DNA of 64,000 nucleotides from an uncultured bacterium (GCA_964452465.1 CAYVMD010000002.1:9702-73701), one strand, 5' to 3'. Shown: positions 19,271-29,342, numbered from the stretch's first letter. Program-made: numbers and translations. Notes: generated by a model from the sequence alone, not told the origin.

Positions 19271-21484
19271 ATGAAGGAAAATCACATTTGGATAGATGCG
19301 GCGAGGTTCGAAAAACAAGGTGGTTGGAGAGTGGATAGCCAGTTCATCGATCAGATGGGCTTCCCCTATCTTATAGCATGCGGATTGGGAAAGCCGGTCG
19401 AGGACGCGGAAACGAGGGTGGAGGTTTTAAAAGAGGGAACATATAGGCTTTGGGTGAGGTGCAGGAATTGGCTGAAGGATCACTCGCCCGGCAGGTTTAA
19501 GGTCCTCATAAATGGGATGGAATCGCCGGAGTTGGGCAACGCTCCCAGCGAGGAATGGCTCTGGCAATGGGGTGGGGATTTCCCTCTAAAGAAGGGAGAG
19601 GTTAAGATAGCCCTGAGGGACCTCACTGGCTACTATGGCAGGTGCTCCTCCCTTCTTCTCACCACCGACCTCGCCCTTCAGCCTCCCAATGATTTGGAAG
19701 GAATCAAAGATTTGAGGAAAAGCATCCTGGGGATTCCCTCCCAGCCCAAGTTCCTTGGGGAATACGATGTCGTCGTCGTGGGAGGGGGAGTGGCGGGTTG
19801 CGTAGCGGGGTTGGCGAGCGCTCGCAAGGGCGTAAGGACCGCCCTAATACAGAACAGACCCCTCTTGGGGGGAAACGCTAGCGAGGAGATCGGGGTGGAG
19901 GTGAACGGCGCAGTGGAAGGAGGTTATTTAAGGGAAACGGGGATAATAGAGGAGTTGAGGAGGGAGAAGGCTTTCAGGCATCTTTCCTGGAGCGAGGTCC
20001 TGGAGGAGGCATTGAAAAGGGAGGAAAATTTAACCGTCTTCACAAATCTCCATTTCCTGAGGGCGAAGATGGCGGGTTCCCGAATAGAGGAGATAGAGTT
20101 GATGGACACAAGGACGCTGGATATCTTCTCTTTGAGGGGGAGGATCTTCATAGATTGCACGGGCGACGGGGCTTTAGGGGCAAGTGCGGGAGCGGAGTTC
20201 AGGATGGGTAGGGAAGGGAGAGAGGAATTCGGAGAGAACGATGCCCCTCCCAAGCGGGACGATATCACGATGAGCGGTTGCCTGCCTTTCTCAACGAAGG
20301 ATATTGGGCAGGTGGTGGAATTCACTCCCCCTCCCTGGGCTTATGACTTCCCCTCCGATGAGGAATTGCCCCAACGTCCCCACGAGGAGTTCTGGCGGTG
20401 GCATTGGTGGATAGAAAGACCGGGAATCATAGATCCCATAAAAGACGCGGAAAGGGCGAGGGATGAGTTGATAAGGATAAACCTCGGCTGGTGGGATCAC
20501 ATAAAGAACCATTGTAAATATAGGGAGAAGGCGAGGAATTATGCGTTGGTGGACCTGTCCATCCTGGAGGGGAAGAGGGAATCCCGCAGGTTGATGGGGG
20601 ATTATGTGGTGCACCAGAAAGATGTGGAAGAGGGGAGGATGTTCCCCGACCGGGTGGCTTATGCCGGCTGGCCCATAGATGTCCATCATCCGGAGGGGAT
20701 ATTCTCGGGAAGGAAAGGGGAAGGACCCTTCCACATCATTAAGCGGGTGCCGATGTGGAGCATTCCCTTCCGGGCATTGTATTCTAAGAATGTGGAGAAC
20801 CTCCTTTTTGCGGGGAGGAATATAAGCGTAACCCACATCGCCTTGGGCTCGGTGAGGGTGCAAGCAACGCTGGCGATTTGTGGGCAAGCGGTGGGAACAG
20901 CAGGCGCTATGTGCATAAGGTATGGCAAGACGCCAAGGAGGATAGGGGAGGAGCACATCCAGGAGTTGCAGATGCAACTCCTCAGGGACGACTGCTATAT
21001 CCCGGGGATGGGTTTGGAGGAAAGGGAGAACCTCGCCCAAAGGGCGAAGGTGAGGGTGAGCTCGGAGGAGGAAGGTCATGAAGGGGGAAATATAGTGGAT
21101 GGGATGAGCCATCCTGAAGGAGGAAGTAGCCATATGTGGATGTCGAAGGAAGGGCTCCCTCAATGGGTGGAATTGAGATGGGAGGAGGAAGTGGAATTCG
21201 ACGCCCTACATCTCATATTCGACACCAATCTACAACTACCGGAAAGCCGGCTCACCTCGAAAGGAAGGGCGGTTGTGGAGGAATGCGTGAAGGATTACGC
21301 CATCTATTATTGGGTTGAGGGAAAGGGATGGGAGGAGTTGCTGAGCGAGGAGGGGAATTACCAAAGATTGAGGGTCCATCGTTTCCCCATGGTGAGGACC
21401 AAGGCATTGAAGATAGAGGTTAGGGCGACCAACGGCGCCAAAAGGGCGAGGATATACGAGCTCAGAATTTACCGGGAATTTTAG
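19235..21484 (+). CDS. FAD-dependent oxidoreductase (PF12831-like) with C-terminal F5/8 type C (discoidin) domain
   Basis: Dinucleotide-binding motif DVVVVGGGVAGCVAGLASARKG; C-terminal galactose-binding-like segment (...YYWVEGKGWEELL...ALKIEVRATNGAKRARIYELRIY); alternative in-frame ATG at 19271 has a perfect AAGGAG SD. Confidence 0.6.
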   Translation: MLPEKPYGARSLMKENHIWIDAARFEKQGGWRVDSQFIDQMGFPYLIACGLGKPVEDAETRVEVLKEGTYRLWVRCRNWLKDHSPGRFKVLINGMESPELGNAPSEEWLWQWGGDFPLKKGEVKIALRDLTGYYGRCSSLLLTTDLALQPPNDLEGIKDLRKSILGIPSQPKFLGEYDVVVVGGGVAGCVAGLASARKGVRTALIQNRPLLGGNASEEIGVEVNGAVEGGYLRETGIIEELRREKAFRHLSWSEVLEEALKREENLTVFTNLHFLRAKMAGSRIEEIELMDTRTLDIFSLRGRIFIDCTGDGALGASAGAEFRMGREGREEFGENDAPPKRDDITMSGCLPFSTKDIGQVVEFTPPPWAYDFPSDEELPQRPHEEFWRWHWWIERPGIIDPIKDAERARDELIRINLGWWDHIKNHCKYREKARNYALVDLSILEGKRESRRLMGDYVVHQKDVEEGRMFPDRVAYAGWPIDVHHPEGIFSGRKGEGPFHIIKRVPMWSIPFRALYSKNVENLLFAGRNISVTHIALGSVRVQATLAICGQAVGTAGAMCIRYGKTPRRIGEEHIQELQMQLLRDDCYIPGMGLEERENLAQRAKVRVSSEEEGHEGGNIVDGMSHPEGGSSHMWMSKEGLPQWVELRWEEEVEFDALHLIFDTNLQLPESRLTSKGRAVVEECVKDYAIYYWVEGKGWEELLSEEGNYQRLRVHRFPMVRTKALKIEVRATNGAKRARIYELRIYREF

Positions 21485-21689
21485 CGAGCATAGAAGGCGG
21501 AAGGAGGGAGTGGGAACCGCAGTGGGCGTAGCGGTGGCGAAACTATTGGAGGCGATAGAGGGGAATTACCACACTGGGAAGAGAGAGGAGCAATCTCGCT
21601 CCCTGAAAACCCCTTCGGATTTACCCTCCGAGGCTTGTTACGCTCCTCTCTCTTCCCCTATCAACTTTTTGCCTTTTGTTCCTTTGGAA

Positions 21690-22521
21690 CTATGGTGCCC
21701 AGACGAGGTCCCAGTGGCAGATGCGCAATTTGCCGCCGGCGACCATCGGCTTTATCTGGTCCGCCTTATACCACTTGGCGTGTCCGTCCAGGAAGATGAG
21801 ATTGGAACCACCCACATGGCGAGCGGCTTTGTCAATAGCAGCATTTAGGTCGGTTATTTTAGTGCCCCATCCGCCTACACAGCACTCTATCCCTGGGTTG
21901 CTTCCCGCAACGGCGTTGGCGAAGGCTAAGTTGACTACTATTCCGTTAGCCTGGAGATAGGGGGCAACATAACCGTTGCTGGAATCGCCGATAACCACAT
22001 ACTCAGCGGGCGCCTTGATCTCGGCTAATTTAATGGCTCGTTGTCTGCCTTGACACCAGAATGACCCACTTAGAAAGAGATCGCTAATTCCGAAAGCGCA
22101 TTTCACCCCTGTGCTCGTGTTGCAGGGAACCATAGCGTTTTGGGGTCTCGGATTGGGACCTTGCCAAGGCCAACAGCAAGCAGGCCAGGCGGAGTGGCTG
22201 TCTTCCCGCATGCTCGGGCAGCTGTAGACCTGCCAATTCTTCACATAGGGGATAGAGCTGCTCCGTCCAGAACAGCCAGGTTTGTTTACCTCCAGCGCCA
22301 CTCCAGCAGGGCTTGGGGGAATAGGGGGCGGTTTCATCCCAATCCTGTAGATACATCTGGAGAGCGGTTCCTATCTGCTTTGCGTTGGAGAGGCAGGTGG
22401 TCTTCCTTGCTTGTTCCCTTGCTCGGCTGAATACTGGGAAGAGTATGGCGGCGAGGATAGCGATGATAGCTATCACCACCAACAACTCTATCAATGTAAA
22501 TCCTCTTCTACCCTTTAACAT
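21690..22521 (-). pseudogene. Prepilin-type N-terminal cleavage/methylation domain protein (DUF1559, H-X9-DG), frameshifted
   Basis: N-terminal part (frame of ORF 22084..22593) encodes [31 protein letters not shown]...; C-terminal part with PYVKN...YSCPS...NLIFLDGHAKW (H-X9-DG) is in another frame (ORF 21690..22337); the frame switch maps to about 22320-22370 at a G5/C5 run (plus 22324-22328). Confidence 0.6.
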
Positions 22522-22687
22522 CTCTACCCTTCTATCCTCCTTCCGTTTAGTTTTATCCCTGAAAACCACCCCTTTTGAAGGGTCAGGGACCAACCCTTCT
22601 TTTGCTTTCGGCAGGCGGAGTGGACACCCGCCTTACTCTAAGCATCTCAAATCACATCACCACCTTTCTAAAATTTAACTCTACTTC

Positions 22688-22800
22688 TTTTTCCCTGTCA
22701 ATACTTTCTTTTTATCAAAATCCTACCAATTCTTGTTTTCCCTGTCAATACTTTCTTTTTATTAAAATCCTACCAATTCCTGTTTTGCTTGTCAATACCC
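22688..22800 (-). repeat. 47-bp tandem direct repeat (2.3 copies) carrying repeated TTGACA-N17-TAGGAT promoter units upstream of the DUF1559 gene
   Basis: Units begin at about 22693, 22740 and 22787 (the third is partial); minus-strand TTGACA at plus 22743-48 and 22790-95, with TAGGAT 17 nt downstream at plus 22720-25 and 22767-72. Confidence 0.55.
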
Positions 22801-22935
22801 CAGGCTCATCTTTGCAGATCTTACACCAGTCCCTTTCCCTTGTTAATAGCCTTCCGCCTCGCAATTCCTTCTACCCCTCTTCCCTCATCGATTAGAGTCT
22901 TTCTTTGCTTTAAAGGAGCTCAAGCGGAGCGTCCT

Positions 22936-25900
22936 TCAGTGCAATCTGTAGGCGAAGACGCCCTTTTCGCAATGCAGGATTATCTCTCCGCCTTCCTCTC
23001 TCAAATCTACCTCTTTGATTACCTCCCCGTTCTCCTTCAAAGCCTGCGCGGCTTTGGGTCTTCCCAATCTCCAGGGCAAAGCATCCCAACGGATTCGCAG
23101 AACGAAATCGGGGCTATCGGGCAGAGGCACAACCAGCAGGGCATCGCCATCTATCGTTAGCCTACAGGCGCCGTTCGTCCTCACTCCCCCGAAGTCTATC
23201 TCCTTCCCCTCGGGATTCAGCCTCTGGAGAACGGAAACCTCCTGGGATGGTAGGGCTTCCCAGCGAACATTCCTAACTTCCTTCCCTTTTCCCTCCACTA
23301 CAACCTTTGCCAGCCTGATCCTTCTCGTCCCATCATCGAAGCCCCTCAATTGCTCCCTCCTCCCTGTCTCCGTATTGTATAGCCCAACCCTTAATTCGTA
23401 TTCGCCTCCCGGAACCTCTGGAGGGATCACTGCCTCCACCGTTGATATCACCGTTCCCTTCCATTGGGTCGTGGGTATGGGAGGCTTATGATCGGCCTGG
23501 AACTTGATCTCTCCTTGCCTATCCGTGAAATGAACGAAAATATGCATATCCTCCTTCAAGGGTTCATTTGCATTCCAGCGCAATTTTAGCCTAAACCTCC
23601 TATCGCCCAAGTACTCCAGGGATTCCAGATTAACCGAGATGGGTGCCATCCCCACCAGGGGACGGGCGTTTACGAAGAAGTTGGAAGGGGATCTACTCCA
23701 GTCCACTATGATGCCGTCCTTCCTCTCGATCCCCGCTTCAACCACCCCCTCCGCCGTGGGTATGCGAGCATAAAAGCCATATTGAGGGAGGACATGCCCT
23801 TCCACCCTCCAATCTTCCTCCCCCCTATTCACCCAGACTTCCCCTCCACCTTCCCAAACGATCCTCAGACGATGGATGTCCCCCTCCACGAATTCCACAT
23901 GCTCCATGTCCTTCAGCGCCAAAGATCTCCCCAAATCGTGGAGGAGGTAATATTTGCGCACCACATCCCTCCCAAACGGCTGGGGCACCATGGAGGGATG
24001 TCCCGTCATGACCTCGGTGGAGATATAATCGTCGCTGTAGATCCCGTGGAGGCGAGTATCCAATCCGGAGGCATACCTGTTCTCGTAACCCGCACCGTGA
24101 AGGATGAACTTCTTGTGGTGTGCCATATCGAACCAAGGGATACGTTCCGCATCGACAAAGCGAACTCCCCACACATCCGCCCTCATATGGTTGGTCTGCC
24201 CCCCATCGAGGTAGCCGATGAGTTGATCGTGACCGCTCTCGGAGATCTGGGGGGCGTTATCGCCCAGGTAATCGCGAATCCAGGCGAAGAGACGCCCCCA
24301 AGTGTTGCGAGTGAAGAGACAATCGTAGAATTTGCCATCGTAGGTCCAGTAATCGTAGGGCTTGATGGAGGACCACACATCTATGAAATAGGCAGTGGGA
24401 CCTATGTTCTCCTTGATTAGATGTAGGTTTCGCTTGAGGAAAGGCTCCACTTTATCCGCCCGCCAGCGATAGGATTGTGCCTTCCGCCCCTCGTTGTACC
24501 ATGCCCTCACGGGAACACCACCCCAAAAGGCGATGTTTTTGTAGGTGAATCCCTCCGCATCGGGATAGAAATCGATGTAATTGTCGTGGGGAGCGAAAAG
24601 GACCCCCGCTTTCCTGCAGGTTTCCACGAGGAATTTGAAATCCTCTAATGTCCCCATCTGTGGGTTGGGGGGATAGATATCGGGCAGGCGGTAGTCGTAG
24701 CCCCATCTCTGCCAGTTATGCCAAACGACGAGGGAGTCGGTTAAACCGTAATTGAAGGCTCTTTGGAGGGCGAGTGCGCTTTCCTTGTATCTTCCCCCCC
24801 AAAGGTCGAAGACGAATCGTCCCGCTACCTTCTCCACTCCTCCTGCAGGGGAGAGTCCGTTTATCTCCCGCCACACCTTCACCCCCTCCCAAGCATTCCC
24901 GCAGGGAATGAGGGAGATGGTTTGCTGGTGGGAAGCGTGGATGGTGTAGTGGTGGACGCTGGGTGTCACTTCCAGATAGGAGGGCACCGCATCCACTCCC
25001 TCGACGATGGAGACACCATTTTGGAAGTCGAAGCCAACGAAGGAGGTGGCGAGGGAATGCCCATCGAACCAGAGGTTGAACGCTTGAGGCTCGACCAGCA
25101 CATTACCATCGCCAGCGTATACCCTGCTCGCCCCCTCGCTCCATCGCCCGAGGGCGATATCCTCCAGGTAAACGACGAGCCAAGGACGGGGGGAAGGGGT
25201 ATCCTCCAGGCGGAAATTCACGCGCAACGCTCCCCCCTCCACCCAAATCTCGCCCAGGAGGTCGAATTTGCCAAGATAATTCTCGAATTTATGGTGGAAG
25301 ATAAGGCGTCCTCCCTTGGATTCCTCCTTGACGCCCAGAAAAACAGTGGGGGAACGCCAGTCCTCGAGGGAGTCGCCGAAAACCCTCACCCGGAATCCTT
25401 GGAAGAAAAGTTGTTTTCCCTCTCCAACGAAGCCGATGGTGGAATCCAGAAGTCCCCTATTCCCTGGGTATAAGCGGATTTCGTAAGTGGCGCCATGCAA
25501 CCTTATGCTCCCCAGGGAACGATAGAGGGAATCCGAGGCGGGAGGAAAGGGTTTAGGTTGGGGCTGGGCACCGATAATGAGGGTTGGCTCCCCCCAATAG
25601 GATTCATCGCAAGTGGTATCGTTCTTGGGACCAGGATGGGATTCCAGTTGGAGGCGTATGGATTTCCCCGCATAAGGGGAAAGATCCACCTCCCCCTCCA
25701 CCCAAACCTTGCTATCGGTATGCTTCTCATATAGTATTTGCCCTTCTTCCCCATCCGGGGCATCGAAGGGGAGAACTCGCACCCGGAAGGTGACGCCGTC
25801 GCTGGGAGGTTCGTTCCATTCTGGGTGATGGTCCCTTATAGCGTTAGCGAAACGCAGGACGATGGGGCGCTTCTGGGGTAGTTGAAGGGGAAACTCGGCT

Positions 25901-26586
25901 ATGATCGTGCCAACCAATCCGTTGAACCAAGGGGGATGGAGGACTATGGAATCCTTAATCCCACCCCTTTCAACCTCGCGGGAGAATTGGGAATAGGCGC
26001 GGGTGCGTTCTTCCGAGCCCTGCCAGCCGACGGGCATAACCTTGGACTTCTCGCCGAATACCCGTATTACCACCCTCCTTATGGGGAAACGCCAAAGGGC
26101 GAAGCCACCCTCACTGGGGAGGCTACCTACCTGCCAGGGGAGGGAGATTTTGGGGTGAGCGGGCTCGGGAAAGGAGGTCTCGAATATGAGGATGGGGTGG
26201 ACGGTATATTTGGTGCCTTGGTAATTGAATTCGACGAGGGCGTGGATGGGATAGTGGGCGTTGTAATTCTCCCTGCCGGAAGTGATGGTGAAGTTCACGC
26301 TGGTAGTGCCCTTAGCCTTCAAGGAAAAGGAAGTGGTCGCTGGCTTCACCTGCCAATCGTCTATCACCTTGAAGGTTACCCTTCCCTGGATGCCCTTGTC
26401 GCCGTTGTTCTCAAGGACGAGTTTATAGGAAATGGGCTTTCCCATCTCCGAGATCTTGAAGGGACCTTCTATTCGGGCGGTGAGAGGACCCGCTTTATCT
26501 ATGGGGGGATCGAAGGCGACGGCTTCTCCCACAAGCAAGGAAAGGGTCATAATGCTCAACCCTATGAATCCCCAAAAGCTGCCCAT
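22936..26586 (-). CDS. Large secreted glycoside-hydrolase-like multidomain protein (unassigned family; paralogous to the C-terminal region of 46573..49503)
   Basis: Signal peptide MGSFWGFIGLSIMTLSLLVGEAVA; W/Y/D-rich TIM-barrel-like core (VVWHNWQRWGYDYRLPDIYPPNPQMG...YFIDVWSS...ESGHDQLIGYLDGGQ...RIPWFDMAHHKKF) with similar blocks in 46573..49503; N- and C-terminal beta-sandwich-like regions. Confidence 0.45.
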   Translation of the reverse strand: MGSFWGFIGLSIMTLSLLVGEAVAFDPPIDKAGPLTARIEGPFKISEMGKPISYKLVLENNGDKGIQGRVTFKVIDDWQVKPATTSFSLKAKGTTSVNFTITSGRENYNAHYPIHALVEFNYQGTKYTVHPILIFETSFPEPAHPKISLPWQVGSLPSEGGFALWRFPIRRVVIRVFGEKSKVMPVGWQGSEERTRAYSQFSREVERGGIKDSIVLHPPWFNGLVGTIIAEFPLQLPQKRPIVLRFANAIRDHHPEWNEPPSDGVTFRVRVLPFDAPDGEEGQILYEKHTDSKVWVEGEVDLSPYAGKSIRLQLESHPGPKNDTTCDESYWGEPTLIIGAQPQPKPFPPASDSLYRSLGSIRLHGATYEIRLYPGNRGLLDSTIGFVGEGKQLFFQGFRVRVFGDSLEDWRSPTVFLGVKEESKGGRLIFHHKFENYLGKFDLLGEIWVEGGALRVNFRLEDTPSPRPWLVVYLEDIALGRWSEGASRVYAGDGNVLVEPQAFNLWFDGHSLATSFVGFDFQNGVSIVEGVDAVPSYLEVTPSVHHYTIHASHQQTISLIPCGNAWEGVKVWREINGLSPAGGVEKVAGRFVFDLWGGRYKESALALQRAFNYGLTDSLVVWHNWQRWGYDYRLPDIYPPNPQMGTLEDFKFLVETCRKAGVLFAPHDNYIDFYPDAEGFTYKNIAFWGGVPVRAWYNEGRKAQSYRWRADKVEPFLKRNLHLIKENIGPTAYFIDVWSSIKPYDYWTYDGKFYDCLFTRNTWGRLFAWIRDYLGDNAPQISESGHDQLIGYLDGGQTNHMRADVWGVRFVDAERIPWFDMAHHKKFILHGAGYENRYASGLDTRLHGIYSDDYISTEVMTGHPSMVPQPFGRDVVRKYYLLHDLGRSLALKDMEHVEFVEGDIHRLRIVWEGGGEVWVNRGEEDWRVEGHVLPQYGFYARIPTAEGVVEAGIERKDGIIVDWSRSPSNFFVNARPLVGMAPISVNLESLEYLGDRRFRLKLRWNANEPLKEDMHIFVHFTDRQGEIKFQADHKPPIPTTQWKGTVISTVEAVIPPEVPGGEYELRVGLYNTETGRREQLRGFDDGTRRIRLAKVVVEGKGKEVRNVRWEALPSQEVSVLQRLNPEGKEIDFGGVRTNGACRLTIDGDALLVVPLPDSPDFVLRIRWDALPWRLGRPKAAQALKENGEVIKEVDLREEGGEIILHCEKGVFAYRLH

Positions 26587-26660
26587 AAACTCTCCTCCTT
26601 TTATCTTTTAGGTCGAACTTCGCTTGGATTTTACTATATTATAGATTCCCGAGCAATTAT

Positions 26661-29342
26661 TCAGCCCTCCTTGGGACCGAACACCATCAACTCCAGCACC
26701 CTCGTCTTTAGGCTTGTGTAGCGCTTGAAATCCTCGCTCACCATGAACATCCATTTCCCATCGAGATGCCAACCGTCGTTGACCTTCCTGATAACCAACC
26801 GCAGGTGCAGGGCTTTCGTGGGCTTGAAGGTGAGCATGGTTGCCCAAGCAGTTACATCCCTCGCTTGGGCTACCGTCCTCCAACTTCTTCCATTCAGGGA
26901 AACTTGGATGAGGAAATCCCTTGGCACCGCTCCATCAACCGCTGGCAGAGGGGTCAAAAGCAGGACGCGGTCGATCGTTCTAATCTTGGGGAAGGTGATC
27001 TGAAGCCAATCCGGCTGGCTTGGCGATGCCCCCTCGGTATCATCCTCCCAATAAGTGCGCTCTGGTATCCCCGGCGCAGGGTCGCGGGGGAACCATTTCT
27101 CATCTATGGCATGCTCCGGGGGATGCTCTTTGGTGAAGGAGGAAGCGGTGGCTTTCGCACCCTGGTTTAGGGATGCGTAATTTATTCCCAAAACAGGAGA
27201 AACGACGGATATTCTCTCCCCATGGGGGACGCGGGTATAAAGGACGTAACCATTCAGGGGGAGCAAGGTATGGGTCCTTGTCTTTTGGAGTTTCAGAGGG
27301 TTGCCCATGAAATCTATCGCTTCCAGAATACATCCCTTGATCTTGAGGGAGATTGGAAAGTCCAAGGTCCACCAGGCGATGACATCGTATTCCCTTCCCA
27401 GAAAGCGCAGGGAATAAACGCCGAATAGCGGTTGTTCAAAGTCGCCAACGCTCAACCCTGCGACCTCTTCGTTCATGACTCGCAACGCCACAGCGCCTGG
27501 CTCTAATGTCCCATTCAATCCTTCGCTCGAGCCCATCTCAACCAGATACATCGGCTCAAATCCATGATGGACAGGATAATAATAGAAGTGGCGCTCGTTA
27601 GTTATTCCGCAGGCGAGGCTGTTTAGAAATTGCCTCACCACATAGCGGGCGAATTGCTGTTTGCTGACATTATCCCACCAATATCCTTGCTCCGTTTGCC
27701 AGAGAGGCTTCCCCTTGGCGAGCTCCTTAAGGTGCTGAAGGTAGAGGGGGTTGCCGAAGAGCTCCCAAGGCTCGCCGGGTCCGTGATAAGTATGGGTTGA
27801 AACCCCATCCAAGTATTGCAATGCCCCTTGAGCGACGATGGCTTGCATGAATCGCAGGGTCCAGGGAACAGAGACGCAGGCTGGTCCGAGGATTTGGCAA
27901 TCGGGATCCGCCCTCTTCGCCCCCTTTGCGAATGGGAGGAGAGCCCTGCGGATGTAATCCTCGGGCGAGAAACGGAAGTTCGGCTCGTTTTCCACTTCCC
28001 AGACCTTGCACTTATCCTTGTATCGGCTCACCATTTCGTAGGCGATCTGCTCGTAGTCCTCTTCCCCACACCATTCGGGCATTATCGCTTGGAAGAACCA
28101 ATTCACTCCCCAGTGCTTCGCTTCCGAACTCGCCTCCTCCATAACGCGGTCCAATGCCCCCCAATTCGCCTTCCCTCTTTCCGGGAAGAAGTTGGCGAGG
28201 TTGTGGCTTTCCCGGTTGCACTTCATGCCCAACAGTGCGATGTAGCCATAATCGGAGATCGCCTCCCCCTGTTTTGGGCGTTCGGGAAAGGCGGGATGTT
28301 TCCTCACCACCGCGAAGCGGGTGCGAAACTCCGATGGCAATGTATTGCCTCCTTCCAAGCGAAAAAGGACGCTAAACCAACCGCTTTCTTTCACATTGAG
28401 GGTTACCGAAACAGCTCTTTCCGCCATGGCTTGGGAACTTTCAAAAATCCTGCTTCCCTCTCCGACGATCCTGTTCCAGAAATCGCTGATTATCCAACTC
28501 ACCTTCCACTGCTTCGCCAATTTTAGCCTGTCCAAGGTTTCCTCCGTGAATTTGAGGGTGAAGCGGATGGGCTCCTGGGAGTAGAAGAGATGGGAGAATG
28601 CCTCTCCCACGGGGACAAAGGCAGGGGCGGGTTGCAGTTGCTTCCCCGGAGGGGACTCCATCTCGAAATAAATGCGCATTGTCTTATCGCTTTCCAAGAG
28701 GTTTCGCCGGTAGGTTAAACCCCTGAAACTGCCTATCTCGTCAAGGTTGAAGGGAGCGCCCCAGCCATCATGCCAGAACAGGACCTTTGCCCCATTGCGG
28801 AGGTATAGCCTTGCCCGCTGAACCCTCGCCAAGCCAACCATGGGAGTTGCTCTTATCTCCCCTCGGTCGAGGTACTGGATCGCCTCCGCACCCGTAACGG
28901 TGTTGTTCTGGAGATTCTCCACCCCGATTACATCTTTGGAGAGCGAAATCTGCCAGGATTGGAAGTTCTTGAGGCGATGGAGCAGGGTAATCGCGATTCG
29001 TTTTTCCCCGAATTGATATCTTATCTCCCCTTCTCCCCGCTCGCTTCGCAACGAAACTCGCAATTCCTTCCCATCGCTACTTTTTTCCCTTTGCTCGAGC
29101 GTCCAGTTAGTGCCCGGGCAGAACTCCAAGGGACCACCAAGGACATCTACATCGGAAATGCGGAGGGAGGACAACATTCCCTCATCGTTGATAATCGCTT
29201 TATATCCCTGCCCTCTGAATTCCTCCTGGCAGTAGCAATAAGCACCTAAAAACAAGATCAGCACTATGAGGAGCGATTTCCTCATCAAACTCAGACGCTT
29301 CATTTCCTCATCCTTTTTAGGATCAAATTTGGTATTCGTCAA
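26661..29342 (-). CDS. Clan GH-A glycoside hydrolase (GH39/GH5-like) with C-terminal F5/8 type C (discoidin) domain, secreted
   Basis: Signal peptide; acid/base-type motif KVWEVENEPNF; C-terminal discoidin-like segment (ASSFTKEHPPEHAIDEKWFPRDPAPG...WLQITFPKIRTIDRVLLL). Confidence 0.55.
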   Translation of the reverse strand: MTNTKFDPKKDEEMKRLSLMRKSLLIVLILFLGAYCYCQEEFRGQGYKAIINDEGMLSSLRISDVDVLGGPLEFCPGTNWTLEQREKSSDGKELRVSLRSERGEGEIRYQFGEKRIAITLLHRLKNFQSWQISLSKDVIGVENLQNNTVTGAEAIQYLDRGEIRATPMVGLARVQRARLYLRNGAKVLFWHDGWGAPFNLDEIGSFRGLTYRRNLLESDKTMRIYFEMESPPGKQLQPAPAFVPVGEAFSHLFYSQEPIRFTLKFTEETLDRLKLAKQWKVSWIISDFWNRIVGEGSRIFESSQAMAERAVSVTLNVKESGWFSVLFRLEGGNTLPSEFRTRFAVVRKHPAFPERPKQGEAISDYGYIALLGMKCNRESHNLANFFPERGKANWGALDRVMEEASSEAKHWGVNWFFQAIMPEWCGEEDYEQIAYEMVSRYKDKCKVWEVENEPNFRFSPEDYIRRALLPFAKGAKRADPDCQILGPACVSVPWTLRFMQAIVAQGALQYLDGVSTHTYHGPGEPWELFGNPLYLQHLKELAKGKPLWQTEQGYWWDNVSKQQFARYVVRQFLNSLACGITNERHFYYYPVHHGFEPMYLVEMGSSEGLNGTLEPGAVALRVMNEEVAGLSVGDFEQPLFGVYSLRFLGREYDVIAWWTLDFPISLKIKGCILEAIDFMGNPLKLQKTRTHTLLPLNGYVLYTRVPHGERISVVSPVLGINYASLNQGAKATASSFTKEHPPEHAIDEKWFPRDPAPGIPERTYWEDDTEGASPSQPDWLQITFPKIRTIDRVLLLTPLPAVDGAVPRDFLIQVSLNGRSWRTVAQARDVTAWATMLTFKPTKALHLRLVIRKVNDGWHLDGKWMFMVSEDFKRYTSLKTRVLELMVFGPKEG

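Noticed and set aside
21510-21960. Plus-strand ORFs 21510..21848 and 21676..21960
   Set aside because: They overlap, antisense, the C-terminal (H-X9-DG) half of the DUF1559 gene and the inverted-repeat element, and they lack family features.
22688-22800. 47-bp tandem repeats considered as a possible CRISPR array
   Set aside because: There are only 2.3 contiguous copies with no interspersed unique spacers and no cas genes. The units contain a -35/-10 promoter-like pair, so the structure is interpreted as a promoter duplication.
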